A stretch of 56,450 nucleotides of DNA from a virus (lineage: Duplodnaviria; Caudoviricetes). A model generated the notes under the pieces. The model was not told the origin of the DNA. It was given only the letters and a program-made list of their open reading frames with translations, and ran no database searches. This document shows, in pieces, positions 24,912-35,459 of the stretch (position 1 is its first letter; each line of letters opens with the position of its first letter). Where the stretch lies: IMG/VR virus record IMGVR_UViG_3300050343_000141, positions 1-56,450 of that record; one strand, 5' to 3'. A program made the position numbers and the translations under genes.

Positions 24912-27428
24912 ATGGACATTACGTTCCTTGAGGCAACCACAGGTATACGCCTCTCTAAGCATTATGCTGATAACAAATTTACCGCTTACCCAAATGTAAA
25001 AAACGTAACAAGCCACCTAGAACACGTTACCGATATTGATTCATTACATGCCGCGATCATGGACCATGCATCACGCGGCCACTGCATGCTTAAAAACACT
25101 TTAAAGCGACCGTTGGTTAACGAATCACGACGTTCGATGTGTGACAAGTTTGCGCCAACCCAAATACTTGTACTCGACTTCGACAAGTTCCCGGTAGTGT
25201 CTGAAAGACTAGACTTAGAGACCGCTGTCGATTTCGCACTTAATTCGCTAAGCAAGTTCGGGCTGCATATAACAGACTACGTCGCACAGGCCAGCAGCTC
25301 TTTTAAACTGCGCGGCAACAGATTTTCATTTCATGTGTTCTTTATTCTGTCAGACAAGATTGACCCACGAATTATGAAAACGTGGTTGCAGTACATCAAC
25401 CTGACTATTGAGGAATACAAGAAATCAATTACGCTGTCAGAGAACGGACACTCCCTGTCCTACCCTCTTGACCCAAGCGTTGCAGACAACTCAAAGCTTA
25501 TCTATATAGCACCGCCTACTTTTGCAGACGTACAGAACGATCCGTTTGCAGGCCAACATCAAGATCGCATCATCAAAGTCACAGGTAAGCAGTACAGCAC
25601 GTTTGATTTGGAAGACTACGCTATGGATGCGCAGCTCCCAACAGTTACGAAACTGATTAACGAAATCAAAGACGAGAAACGCGCTGACAAAAAGCTACCC
25701 AAGTCCAAAACTAGAGTTAAGAACCGACGCTTTGGCGATGAAAGCTTTGAAGTGATGGAGAATCCAGAACAGATGCGGATCACCATCGCAGACGACAGTA
25801 GCCTGCCCTACGTCCGATGCAATGTGAACTCTGGTGATTCAGATGCTTACTGGTTTGATGTGTTCAAGCCGATGTTCATGCACAACTTCAAAGACGAACC
25901 GATCTTTATGATCGAAGATGTCGACCCTGAGTTTGCCAACATGGTACTTAGCAAGTACCAGCCATGGATTGCAGAACAGGTAAAAAAGAAAGCGATCGAT
26001 GTGCCGTTAAAGCCGATGTCATTCCGCGACGTTCACACCGATACGTATTTTACTGCGCAGTACAACATGAGTAAGAACTCACTGACAGAGTTACACAATA
26101 TCAACAAAGCTAATCTTGACGGCTTTTACGCATCTCACCAATGTCCAGAACCAGCGTTTATTCCAGATGCAGATTTTAGTTTCGACCCAACCTCGCAAAA
26201 ACCAGCAGTTGATGTAAGCAAAATTCCTTACCGAATCAACCTGTGGGATTCTTCAAAAGCAATGGAACAGCAGGTCAAATGGGAAGGAGAAACGTTAGAG
26301 GTAGGCACCGCTACGCTCGTCAAAGAGAAGTGCCCTGTCATATACCGCGTCATGCATCACATGCTAGGCAACGGTAACGCCGAATTCGAACGTATGATGA
26401 ACTGGCTAGCGCACATCTTCCAGACCAGAGAAAAAGCAGGCACTGCTTGGATTTTGTCCGGTGTACAAGGAACAGGTAAAGGTGTGTTTGCAGATAGGAT
26501 CTTACGACCGCTGTTAGGCGAAAAGTTTGTACCGGTTCGCACACTTGAGAACATGGAAGAACAGTTCAACGACTACATGCGCCAAGCAGTTGTTTGCGTC
26601 GTCGACGAGTTCAACATGCCAGTAGGTAAGTCGGCGCTAACCAAGATGGCCAACAAGCTCAAAAACCTGATTACTGAACGAACTATTACAATCCGTGCAA
26701 TGCGGTCCAATCAAGTAGAGATACCGTCTTTCACATCATTCATATTCAACTCTAACCACGTTGATGCTGTGGCTATCGAGGTATCTGACCGACGGTATAA
26801 CGTGGCACCAAGACAAGAGAAAACACTACTCGAAGTGTGGCCAGAATTTATTGATGACATCGATCGTATAGAACAAGAGCTGCCGTTGTTTGCAGGCGCA
26901 CTAGCTGCATTCAACGTTAATCAACGTATGGTCCGAGTGCCGCTGCAGAACGAAGCCAAGACTGCGATGATTACTGCAGGTCAGTCCGTGCTGGAAGAGT
27001 TTGTCTACGCGTTCCGTTACGGCAAGCTCGATTACTTCCAAAGCATTATGGAGATGTCGATTACTAACATACACGACGCGGGCGCAATAGAATCTGCGCA
27101 ACGTCACGTTAAGAACTGGATGGCTAACGTCGACAATCCAATGCACCTCAAGCAAGAACACATGCGGACTGTCTACCAAGTCTTAACTAACGAAGACATA
27201 TCAGCAGTGAAGTTTGGCAAGCTCCTGACCCGAGTTGGTTACACCAGCCACAAAATTAGAACAGGTAATAGCACAGGAAAAGTCTTTGAAGTGACTTGGG
27301 TGCTTGACGAGTTAACTGTAAAGTCTTGGGAAAAAGAGTATTTTATATCCGACATTGATAAAAAGATGTTGGCAAGCACGCGCGCTATGAGTGATACTAA
27401 TGAGTCTGACACGCACACATCAGGATGA
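24912..27428 (+). CDS. Primase-helicase (AEP-like N-terminus, SF3/DUF5906-type NTPase)
   Basis: VLDFD, SFHVF, KLIYIAPP in the N-domain; Walker A GVQGTGKG, Walker B VVDE, FNSN, DRRY. Confidence 0.85.
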   Translation: MDITFLEATTGIRLSKHYADNKFTAYPNVKNVTSHLEHVTDIDSLHAAIMDHASRGHCMLKNTLKRPLVNESRRSMCDKFAPTQILVLDFDKFPVVSERLDLETAVDFALNSLSKFGLHITDYVAQASSSFKLRGNRFSFHVFFILSDKIDPRIMKTWLQYINLTIEEYKKSITLSENGHSLSYPLDPSVADNSKLIYIAPPTFADVQNDPFAGQHQDRIIKVTGKQYSTFDLEDYAMDAQLPTVTKLINEIKDEKRADKKLPKSKTRVKNRRFGDESFEVMENPEQMRITIADDSSLPYVRCNVNSGDSDAYWFDVFKPMFMHNFKDEPIFMIEDVDPEFANMVLSKYQPWIAEQVKKKAIDVPLKPMSFRDVHTDTYFTAQYNMSKNSLTELHNINKANLDGFYASHQCPEPAFIPDADFSFDPTSQKPAVDVSKIPYRINLWDSSKAMEQQVKWEGETLEVGTATLVKEKCPVIYRVMHHMLGNGNAEFERMMNWLAHIFQTREKAGTAWILSGVQGTGKGVFADRILRPLLGEKFVPVRTLENMEEQFNDYMRQAVVCVVDEFNMPVGKSALTKMANKLKNLITERTITIRAMRSNQVEIPSFTSFIFNSNHVDAVAIEVSDRRYNVAPRQEKTLLEVWPEFIDDIDRIEQELPLFAGALAAFNVNQRMVRVPLQNEAKTAMITAGQSVLEEFVYAFRYGKLDYFQSIMEMSITNIHDAGAIESAQRHVKNWMANVDNPMHLKQEHMRTVYQVLTNEDISAVKFGKLLTRVGYTSHKIRTGNSTGKVFEVTWVLDELTVKSWEKEYFISDIDKKMLASTRAMSDTNESDTHTSG

Positions 27429-27431
27429 TGC

Positions 27432-28190
27432 ATGCCAATTCAAACCGCTAGTAAGCGCCCAGATTCTCTTAAACCAATGGAACAGCCCGACAAGTTAGGG
27501 CCGATTTCCGCTTGGTCGTATTCCGCACTCAAAGTATTCGAAGACTGCGCCTATCGCTCTTACATCAGTAGAGTCAAAAAGGTACAGGAACCGGGTAGTG
27601 CTGCCATGGATCGAGGTACAACGATTCACGAAGAAGCTGAGCACTACGTCGACGGTTCTGGTGAGTGGAGCGACAACCTCAAGAAGTTTAAGTCCGAGTT
27701 CGAAGACCTGCGGCAACTGTACATCGAAGCCAAGGTAGAGCTAGAAGGCGATTGGGGCTTCACACTAGATTGGAAGCCAACTGGTTGGATGGTCCCCGAC
27801 ACATGGGCACGCATCAAACTAGACGCGCTAGTCCACGAAGACCAAACGTCCGCTCGTGTCATCGACTACAAGACAGGCCGTAAGTTCGGCAACGAGCTTG
27901 GCCACTCACAACAGATGCTGCTGTATGCCATCGCCGCATTCATGCGTTTCGAAGATCTACAGTTCGTTACTGCAGAGCTGTGGTATCTCGACAAAGGCGA
28001 GACGACAATACGTACCTTTACCCGAGAAGAAGCTATGGAGTTTCTACCCGGTTATCACAGTCGCGCAATCCGCATGACTACAGCAGAAGAATTTGATCCG
28101 AACCCAAGCAAATACAACTGCAAGTGGTGCTCCTACAAAGATACGCCGGAGGGCCACGACGGTCCCCAGTGTCAATGGGGCATCGCTTAA
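27432..28190 (+). CDS. PD-(D/E)XK exonuclease (RecB/Cas4-like)
   Basis: WSYSALKVFEDC, RGTTIH, KLDA, VIDYKTG, QMLLY, C-terminal CKWC...C. Confidence 0.9.
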   Translation: MPIQTASKRPDSLKPMEQPDKLGPISAWSYSALKVFEDCAYRSYISRVKKVQEPGSAAMDRGTTIHEEAEHYVDGSGEWSDNLKKFKSEFEDLRQLYIEAKVELEGDWGFTLDWKPTGWMVPDTWARIKLDALVHEDQTSARVIDYKTGRKFGNELGHSQQMLLYAIAAFMRFEDLQFVTAELWYLDKGETTIRTFTREEAMEFLPGYHSRAIRMTTAEEFDPNPSKYNCKWCSYKDTPEGHDGPQCQWGIA

Positions 28191-28234
28191 CCCGAGCAAT
28201 TAACCGACTCAAACTCCTAGGCCGGTTACTTTGC

Positions 28235-28274
28235 AACGCCTCCCTTCTGCAGAAGTTGGGGGGCGTTTTTATTT
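28235..28274 (+). terminator. Intrinsic terminator
   Basis: AACGCCTCCC...GGGGGGCGTT followed by TTTATTT. Confidence 0.7.
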
Positions 28275-28285
28275 AAGGAGGCAAT

Positions 28286-28579
28286 ATGCCAAGAGGTAAA
28301 AAATCTGACTACCTGCCTAATCCCTACCATGAAGCATGGTTCAGATCACAGGCAGCAGAATGCGACGTCAGGTTTGAGATCAAGTCTGATCCACCCGAAG
28401 CTGTGTTCTGGGACACCTACGTTCCTAAAAAGAGTGAGATAAAAATACTCACCAAGCTGCCCGCTGACGTCAAGAAGCAAGCGCGCGACGAGTGTTACAA
28501 CGAGATCTATGACCGTGAGATCCGTCCAATGCTAGAGCGCCAAAAAGCTAAACGACGTGCGAAAAGAGTTGTTTCGTAA
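28286..28579 (+). CDS. Hypothetical protein
   Basis: 97 aa, AAGGAGG RBS. Confidence 0.7.
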   Translation: MPRGKKSDYLPNPYHEAWFRSQAAECDVRFEIKSDPPEAVFWDTYVPKKSEIKILTKLPADVKKQARDECYNEIYDREIRPMLERQKAKRRAKRVVS

Positions 28580-28588
28580 TCGTAACTG

Positions 28589-28604
28589 TATTAGTATATT
28601 GATA
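28589..28604. promoter_or_regulatory. Palindromic operator candidate upstream of the helicase
   Basis: TATTAG-TATA-TTGATA in an AT-rich gap, with TATAAC downstream. Confidence 0.5.
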
Positions 28605-28654
28605 TTGATTGATGCTAATTGTATAACTGAAACCTGTTAAATGAGACATGACAC

Positions 28655-30022
28655 ATGCAGATACCTCCGGCTTTCGACCATCAGGTCGCAACGACTAAGT
28701 TCGTTTACGATAACCCACGGGTCTTTATTACAAGTGACCCCGGCACAGGTAAAACACGGTCAATAATTGATGCATTTTCTACGCTACTTGCTGAAAATCC
28801 TGCTGCACGTTTACTTGTGCTGGCTCCGCTTTCAATCGTACAAGCAAGCTGGGGAGACGACATTGAGAAGTTCGCACCCAGCGTAAGCTACTCGATCGCG
28901 TACGCACGTAACCGCGAGAAAGCATTTACCAGCCCTTCCAATGTCATCATCACCAACCACGACGCAGCCAAATGGATGCTAAAGAATCGTTCTGCTTGCG
29001 AGCAGTTCGACATGATTTGCATCGACGAATCTACAGCATTCAAAAACGCTAGTTCGCAGCGCTCAAAGGCATTAGCAAAGGTAATAAATAACTTCGATCG
29101 TCGCGTCGCAATGTCCGGCACACCTAACTCCAACACCGTCTGCGACGTATGGCATCAGATGCTACTGGTAGACGACGGCGAGCGTTTAGGTACGCGGTTC
29201 TACTCGTTCCGTTCCAACGTATGCACTAGCCGCTTCAACGGTTTTGCCAACGAGTGGGCCGATAAGCCCGAAGCACAGGACATGGTTGGTGCTGCTATCA
29301 AAGACGTCAACGTCAGGTATCAGTTAGAAGACTGCATAGACATGCCAGAACAGTCATTCAACACCATGTATGTCGACCTGCCCCAACCTATCCGTAAGCA
29401 GTACGAAACGCTGCTACAAGACTCTGTGTTGTACACAGGCACTGGCACTATCAATGCTGTGCACGCAGGTGCACGCGTCAAGAAGTTGCTGCAGCTCTGC
29501 ACAGGCGCTATCTACGACAACGACGGCAGTGTCCTCAAGATACACGGCGACCGCTACGAGTTAGTCACTGACCTCATCGAGCAACGCGACTGCTCACTAG
29601 TTGCCTTCAACTGGCGACACGAACGCGAAGAGTTAACACGACTCGCCGATAAGCGCGGCATCAAGTACGAAGTGATCGACGGCAGCACGCCTGCAGAAAA
29701 GCGGGCCGACATTGTTGCAAGGTTCCAAGCTGGTCACTTACAGGTGATCTACGCGCACCCGCAGTCAACTAGTCACGGACTCACGCTCACGCGCGCCACC
29801 ACAATCATCTGGGCGTCGCCTACCTATAACAGTGAGCACTACGTTCAGTTCAACCGTCGTATCTATCGCGCCGGGCAAACCAAGAAGACGGAAGTCATCC
29901 GTATCGCCGCTCGTGATACATGGGAGATGGACGTCTACGACAAGCTCGGCACCAAGGTCAGTCGGATGGAAGATCTGTTATCAGTGTTATCAACTATGAA
30001 TGAACTAAGGAAACCAGCATGA
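28655..30022 (+). CDS. SNF2-like SF2 helicase
   Basis: HQ, GTGKT, IDES, SGTP, HGLTL, QFNRRIYRAGQ. Confidence 0.92.
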   Translation: MQIPPAFDHQVATTKFVYDNPRVFITSDPGTGKTRSIIDAFSTLLAENPAARLLVLAPLSIVQASWGDDIEKFAPSVSYSIAYARNREKAFTSPSNVIITNHDAAKWMLKNRSACEQFDMICIDESTAFKNASSQRSKALAKVINNFDRRVAMSGTPNSNTVCDVWHQMLLVDDGERLGTRFYSFRSNVCTSRFNGFANEWADKPEAQDMVGAAIKDVNVRYQLEDCIDMPEQSFNTMYVDLPQPIRKQYETLLQDSVLYTGTGTINAVHAGARVKKLLQLCTGAIYDNDGSVLKIHGDRYELVTDLIEQRDCSLVAFNWRHEREELTRLADKRGIKYEVIDGSTPAEKRADIVARFQAGHLQVIYAHPQSTSHGLTLTRATTIIWASPTYNSEHYVQFNRRIYRAGQTKKTEVIRIAARDTWEMDVYDKLGTKVSRMEDLLSVLSTMNELRKPA

Positions 30023-30414
30023 ATGCATCAGCAGAAATCAAATCAACTCTCAATGTAGACGACGTTATCAACGCGTTGTCCAAAATCAAAATTACTAAAG
30101 ACGATATTAACAAGCAGCTCAAAGATCTCAACGCAGAGAAAGACGCGTTAGAAAAGAAGCTGTACGAATTAATGGCGACTGCAGGTATTAGCCGCGCTAG
30201 TAATGGCGTAGCAACAGTCTCCATTGGTACGGAGGTAGTCTTCAATGCCACGGATTGGGATGCAGTTTACGCCCACGTCCAAAGCACTGGTGACTTCTCC
30301 ATCATGCACCGACGTCTCAGTAACGCAGCAATACGAGAAATCGCATCTGCTGGCGGCGCTGTGCCCGGTACAGAAGCAGTAGAAATGCAGAAGGTTAACT
30401 TCCGCACCCTATAA
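30019..30414 (+). CDS. Coiled-coil hypothetical protein
   Basis: 131 aa, N-terminal coiled coil, DWDAVY...HRRLS...VPG pattern; ATGA-coupled. Confidence 0.7.
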   Translation: MNASAEIKSTLNVDDVINALSKIKITKDDINKQLKDLNAEKDALEKKLYELMATAGISRASNGVATVSIGTEVVFNATDWDAVYAHVQSTGDFSIMHRRLSNAAIREIASAGGAVPGTEAVEMQKVNFRTL

Positions 30415-30453
30415 ATCCTTGATTTATCTATCAATATTAGGAACACTATTATT

Positions 30454-31122
30454 ATGAATGATTTAGCTTTAGCAATTACAGGTACAAAACTTCCTGCACA
30501 CCTTAACCTCGACAGCAGCCGTGGCAACGAGTCAGTAGGCTCTCAGCTTACGATCCCTCGTATCAAGCTGATCCAAAAGATGTCTAACGAAGTCGACAAG
30601 AACCACGCTGACTTTGTAAAAAGCGCTGAAGTCGGCATGTTTGTTAACACGCTGACCAAGCAGACCTACGAAGAGATGTACGTCATCAGTCTCAACTTCA
30701 AGGTCCAGTACGCTGTATGGCGCGACATCCAGAAGGGTGGCGGTTTCGGCGGCACGTTCGACAACGAAGCTGACGCGCTTGAGTCTGTCAAGAATCAAGA
30801 CAACTCAGCAGAGTGGGACGTAGTCGAGAACCACTCACACCTCATCGCTGTCGTCGACGAAGAGACCGGCGAGCTGGGTCAGACGCCCGTTATCTTTGAC
30901 TTCACCAAGTCTAAGTTAGCAACGTCTCGTAGCTGGAACAGCAAGCTGTCGCTGCAGTCAGGCGATCGTTTCGCTTCCTTGTGGAAGATTACATCCAAGA
31001 GTACGCAGTCACGTACAGGTCAGCAGTACGAAAACCTAGACGTGGATCTTGTTGGTTGGGCTACCGAAGACAACTACAAGGCTGCAGAAAAAATGTATGA
31101 GACCCACTCCACTATTAGGTAA
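30454..31122 (+). CDS. Putative ssDNA-binding/annealing protein
   Basis: GNESVG...LTIPRIKLIQKMS...SRSWNS pattern in the replication cluster; function inferred. Confidence 0.5.
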   Translation: MNDLALAITGTKLPAHLNLDSSRGNESVGSQLTIPRIKLIQKMSNEVDKNHADFVKSAEVGMFVNTLTKQTYEEMYVISLNFKVQYAVWRDIQKGGGFGGTFDNEADALESVKNQDNSAEWDVVENHSHLIAVVDEETGELGQTPVIFDFTKSKLATSRSWNSKLSLQSGDRFASLWKITSKSTQSRTGQQYENLDVDLVGWATEDNYKAAEKMYETHSTIR

Positions 31123-31128
31123 TGTGTT

Positions 31129-31551
31129 TTGAACGAGCACGGCTTTATACGGGCCGTGCATCGTCACCTCCCCGATAACCTATTTAGTTGGAAGATCCAT
31201 GATAAATTCGCTGGCGGCGTCCCCGACGCAATGTATGTTGGACCCGCTGGCGTACTTTTTGTCGAATACAAATACCTAAAAGACTTCCCCAAACGCCCCG
31301 ATACACCAGTAAAAATCAATGTTTCCCCCTTGCAGGTTGCGTGGATGAAGCAAATGGCCGAGGTGAATCCAAAAAATATCACTTGTGTCATATGTATAGG
31401 GTGTGCTAATAATGCGTTTATTGTATCTATTGATGCATTAAGTAACGCTATTAGCAGCAAAGAAGCACAAAGTATTAGCGTTCCCTTTAGTGAAATAGCT
31501 TCAAAGATCAAGGAATCTACAGGCTATGTGGATCTAATTACTTCTTCTTAG
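31129..31551 (+). CDS. VRR-NUC / resolvase-like nuclease
   Basis: NE..F, GGVPD, FVEYK, SPLQVAW. Confidence 0.75.
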   Translation: MNEHGFIRAVHRHLPDNLFSWKIHDKFAGGVPDAMYVGPAGVLFVEYKYLKDFPKRPDTPVKINVSPLQVAWMKQMAEVNPKNITCVICIGCANNAFIVSIDALSNAISSKEAQSISVPFSEIASKIKESTGYVDLITSS

Positions 31552-31771
31552 AGCGCGGGGGTCCATACCCCCTACCTTTCCCATGTGCAGACTTAGCCGG
31601 GCTTTTTCCGTCTTTCCTAGTGCGATCCCAGCCACCGCCTTTTGGCGGCGCTTTGTTCAACACTTTGACGATCTTGTCTCCACCGCGCTTCTTGCGCGCT
31701 CGTGCTGTCTTAGCATCGGGAGCGTGAATCCCAGTGTTTCTTCCCTCGAAGAAATAGAGAGGGGGAGTCAT
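31538..31771 (-). CDS. Small basic Lys/Arg/Gly-rich protein
   Basis: Start MTPPLYF, ATGA-coupled to the HTH gene. Confidence 0.6.
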   Translation of the reverse strand: MTPPLYFFEGRNTGIHAPDAKTARARKKRGGDKIVKVLNKAPPKGGGWDRTRKDGKSPAKSAHGKGRGYGPPRSKKK

Positions 31772-31989
31772 GACGCTTGCGCCATGTTCATGTTGTCTTC
31801 CATCCAATTGACAACATGGTCAGTAGAGAACAAACACTTCTTGCCGTTCTTTACATACGGGATTTCAAATGTACCCCGATAGATTTGTTGATACAGCGTA
31901 CGACGTCTGGTCTTTAGTAAAAGAGCCAGCTCGTCTAAGTCCATAATAGGACCATATTTATCAGCCAGTTGTTGTCTTAGTGTCGTCAT
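31768..31989 (-). CDS. Excisionase/AlpA-like winged-HTH DNA-binding protein
   Basis: IMDLDELALLLKTRRRTLYQQIYRGTFEIPYVKNGKKCLF...VVNWM. Confidence 0.75.
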   Translation of the reverse strand: MTTLRQQLADKYGPIMDLDELALLLKTRRRTLYQQIYRGTFEIPYVKNGKKCLFSTDHVVNWMEDNMNMAQAS

Positions 31990-32224
31990 TAAATTGCGCC
32001 CTATAATATTTAGTGAGACGCGCTAAGTACCAGTTAGACTTTTCAAGGTCCGCCACAGCATTCTGCTTGTAGCGATACCGCCAAAGGTATTTCAACGCAT
32101 TACCTTTCAAATACCCGATAAATTCCTCATCAGACATCGAGGCTTCTATGGCTTCAATACACTCCACCTTACCGTTGTTGTAATGAGGCGGCTGGTTAAC
32201 CATGTCTACTTCATTGTTCGCCAT
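31961..32224 (-). CDS. DUF3310 family protein
   Basis: DMVNQPPHY...ECIEAI...GNALKYLWRYRYK...DLEKSNWYL. Confidence 0.9.
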   Translation of the reverse strand: MANNEVDMVNQPPHYNNGKVECIEAIEASMSDEEFIGYLKGNALKYLWRYRYKQNAVADLEKSNWYLARLTKYYRAQFNDDTKTTTG

Positions 32225-32256
32225 TCGAGCAATCCTAGCTGATATTGGGTGTATTT

Positions 32257-32285
32257 ATATTAGTACATTGATAAACCTATGGCAA
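32257..32285 (-). promoter_or_regulatory. Sigma70-like promoter of the DUF3310-HTH operon, overlapped by the operator (32258-32273)
   Basis: Minus strand TTGCCA-N17-TAATAT; plus strand TATTAG-TACA-TTGATA. Confidence 0.6.
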
Positions 32286-32348
32286 CATTTAACAAAACAG
32301 TAATCGAATTAGCTTGCGTATAGTAGCAAGGAGTGCAACAAATCTCGT

Positions 32349-32906
32349 TTAGAACTCGATAGCCTCAAGCTCACCCACAGTCGTTGCGTCGTTGACGCAC
32401 TGCAGCGCTTCTGCACGACGACGAACACACTCAGTAAGATGATCTAACAAGGCTTTTCCTACTGCCTGTAGTTCTTTCTTGCTCTCAATCATGTGGCATG
32501 CACCATGAACCATGGCTAGCTCTGCAGATTCACCGCCAAGAGATACTGCCATCTGGATGGCCACCTGCGAATCACGGTCTGATGCCAGTGATACCCCGCC
32601 CCACTCAAACCCACCAAGTGACGCTTCTTCATACTGTTTTTGAATACGAGCTTTAGTCAGCTCTTTTCCGAGTTCCATATTAGGCACCCATCTTTTTATT
32701 TTGTAATCAAAATTGTGCCAATCATTTGGCGGCGGGGGCATAGACACAAGCTCCCCTTCTTCAACATAGGCGTACGTGCTAGCGGGTATCTCATCAACAA
32801 TAAGATAGTTGTGCTCGCCTTCTGCAATACTCGCTTCCATGCTTAGCTTGCTACCGGACATGATGCGTAGAAGCTGACCGTCGTCAGTGTATTCAAGAGC
32901 GTTCAT
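32349..32906 (-). CDS. Tail-fibre assembly-like protein (DUF4376-like)
   Basis: PPPPNDWHNFDYKIKRW, GGFEWGG...SDRDSQ, ends ATTVGELEAIEF. Confidence 0.65.
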   Translation of the reverse strand: MNALEYTDDGQLLRIMSGSKLSMEASIAEGEHNYLIVDEIPASTYAYVEEGELVSMPPPPNDWHNFDYKIKRWVPNMELGKELTKARIQKQYEEASLGGFEWGGVSLASDRDSQVAIQMAVSLGGESAELAMVHGACHMIESKKELQAVGKALLDHLTECVRRRAEALQCVNDATTVGELEAIEF

Positions 32907-35459
32907 TTTTTAATTCCGTGAACAATTATTGATACGCCTTCGAGAGTTTTTATAGATTGTTTTGCGCTTGGTCTCGTAACGTTTTCTGCCAACACAAGCA
33001 AAGCAAAGTACCAACCGCTCAATGAAGTTTCTGTAAACTTCCAACCAACAGATATAGAAACTGGGTTCTGTTGCCGCGCCTGAAATTGAATTTGAGGGGA
33101 GTACCTAACACTAGACGTAAAAGATGTGTTTCTGGCGGCGATTAACCTGTACCCATGTTGGTTCCACTCATCAGAAACTCCGGGGACAATAGGAGCTAAC
33201 ATGCCGCTAGCTTGTATAAATAAAGCGCTGGGGCGACCTTCTGCTAACCATTCAATCCTTGGTGTAACAACGTTACTTCTCCAGTATGAGTTTGCGCTAG
33301 GCACAGTTTCAGCGCCAAGATCCGTAGAACTTACTGCCGACGACACAATGACGGCCTCGTCTTGGATCATCAGGGTCTGTACAGAAAGGTCACGGATATA
33401 CGACCGTGCGTACTTAGGATCAATAACGCGGGGGACTGTACCAATATAAACGCTGTAGAAACTAGTTGACCCAGTACCTGTTGAGTCAAGGAAGCCTCTC
33501 AGGAAAGCAGCTTTAGAATAGCCCACCGGGGACTTCAATTATCCCATCAAATCTGTGAATGCCACTAACTTGGTTTGGGCGAGATCCGTTAGCATTTGCC
33601 CAACTGCTGTCAGTCCAATCTATAAACGCGTTGTAAATATTTTGGCCACTAGTGTTAAAAAACCTAAGCCCTGCTTGCCATGGCACCTGAGATGTTTGCC
33701 ACACTTCAACAGATACATAAAAAGTAATCGGGTCATCAAGCGAAGGGCAACGCGCTAAATCTGATTCAATAGAGTCTGCGCTAGAAAGAACAAATCTATT
33801 ATTGTTGGCGTCGTAATAAGAAGCACTACTAGGGTATTCGTTGCCCTGACCAAAATTTTCAGACCAGCGCCAACCGGGGAAAGCACTTTTATCATCGGTA
33901 GTATAATTGTTGTCGTATATACGACCGCCCATGCTATACGGACCGCTTGTGTTTCTTGTGCTAACGGAGGACGCTAACTCACCATTAGGAATTAAGTTAG
34001 ACCCTACGCTAGAAACAATTTGCGATAGCCCACCAGAGTCAAGCAACACAGTACCGTCACTAGCGTAGACAGTTATACCGTAAAGCTTTGCCTGATACGC
34101 ATGCATGATCCCGTTAGCATCAACTGAGAAGTTTCCAACGCGCTCGCCACCTACTACGGTCCAATCTCTCGGCCCTGTTCCCGGCGGCTTATTAATAGTC
34201 CCGATGTTAAACGTACCGCCATAAATATTTGGCGCTGCCAAGGCAACAGTAGCCTCCATATAATCAGCAACAACGGAGCCAGCTATTAGCTCAAGAACGC
34301 TGGCTTTACCCATGTAGGCTTGCTTGATGTAAACGCCTTTGGGTACGAAAATACCGTCGATATAGGTGTCGGTGGTTTGCACAACAAACGGGACGTAGTC
34401 TTCAAGCTGGTTTACGCTTGCGCCTTCTCCTAATGGATAGGTGGTTGGATTAATCACAGCAAACGAATCAGCGGCTACAATAAAACGGGACTTAATATCC
34501 CCATCTACTGGGCCTTGCGCTAGTCCAAAACCAGAAAGATACGTGCCGCCGTTAAAATTTGTCTGAATCTTAACGGTCCACTGCGCTTCAAGATTTTCTG
34601 TTATGGTTTGTAGGTTTTCTATCGCGGCAAAGTTGTTGCCGCTTGTTGCGTAAACAGATTCTATACGCTGAACAAGATTCCCTTTTGGCTCTTCTGTGTC
34701 AGTACTCCAACTTTCGTAGTACCCAGTGAAACCTTCTAGCTGACTAATAAGAGCTATTTCGCCTTGCAGACTCTCAGTTAACTGATCCTCTCCGATCTGT
34801 CCTTCTAACGCATCAAGGATTACTTCTATGTCTGGTTGCGTTTCTGCCCTTAGACCTAGGGGGGCGGGAAAGCCGTACGGTCCTTCTTTACCTTCTAGGT
34901 TTACGTGCCGCGCCCAGTAGTAGACAATTGATCCCGCCCCAACTGGGTCAACGTAGGTAGTACCTACCGAAGATCCAACAAGTACAGCATCAGCAAGCGT
35001 AGGTTGTTGGTCCGCTATTTCTACTCCATTTTCATCTCTTATAGCGCCCGCACGCCAGATCTCAGTGTAAGAGTGCCCACCATAATCATACCGTGCCGAG
35101 TTCCACCATACTGATACGTTGTACATGGCACCTGAGACTCGAAGGCCAGTAGGTGCAGTGGGATCTTCAAGTCCCGGTACGCCGGGGCCATCTGGGTTGC
35201 CGGGGTTAGAGATTCCTCCGCCGCCTCCCCCACCGCCATAGTAAACCTCTACCGCTATCCCACTTTCAATTAGATCGCGGAAGGTTACAGCAGCGTCACG
35301 AGGGTCGCCCTTACGTCCGAGTCTTACCTCTAGGGCTTCGGTTACGCTAGTTAGATATTGACGGAGTGACGCACTAGCATCCGCAGGCGGCTTAGGTATC
35401 CCCGGCAGTTTTGTAGCTTTAGGAGTACGCGGTTTGCGTTGGCCAGTTTGATCGGTCAT
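32903..35459 (-). CDS. Central tail fibre / host-specificity protein (FN3 + DUF1983-like), apparently split by a frameshift at ~33528
   Basis: PTAPTGL...YYWARHVN (FN3-like); QWTVKIQ...SGFGL...FIVAADSFAV (J-like). Removing one base of GGGG 33528-33531 joins 33513-35459 to 32903-33538 as IEVPVGYSKAAF. Confidence 0.7.

Noticed and set aside
31768-31989. Excisionase as evidence of integration
   Set aside because: No integrase or att site found; this HTH fold is common in standalone regulators.
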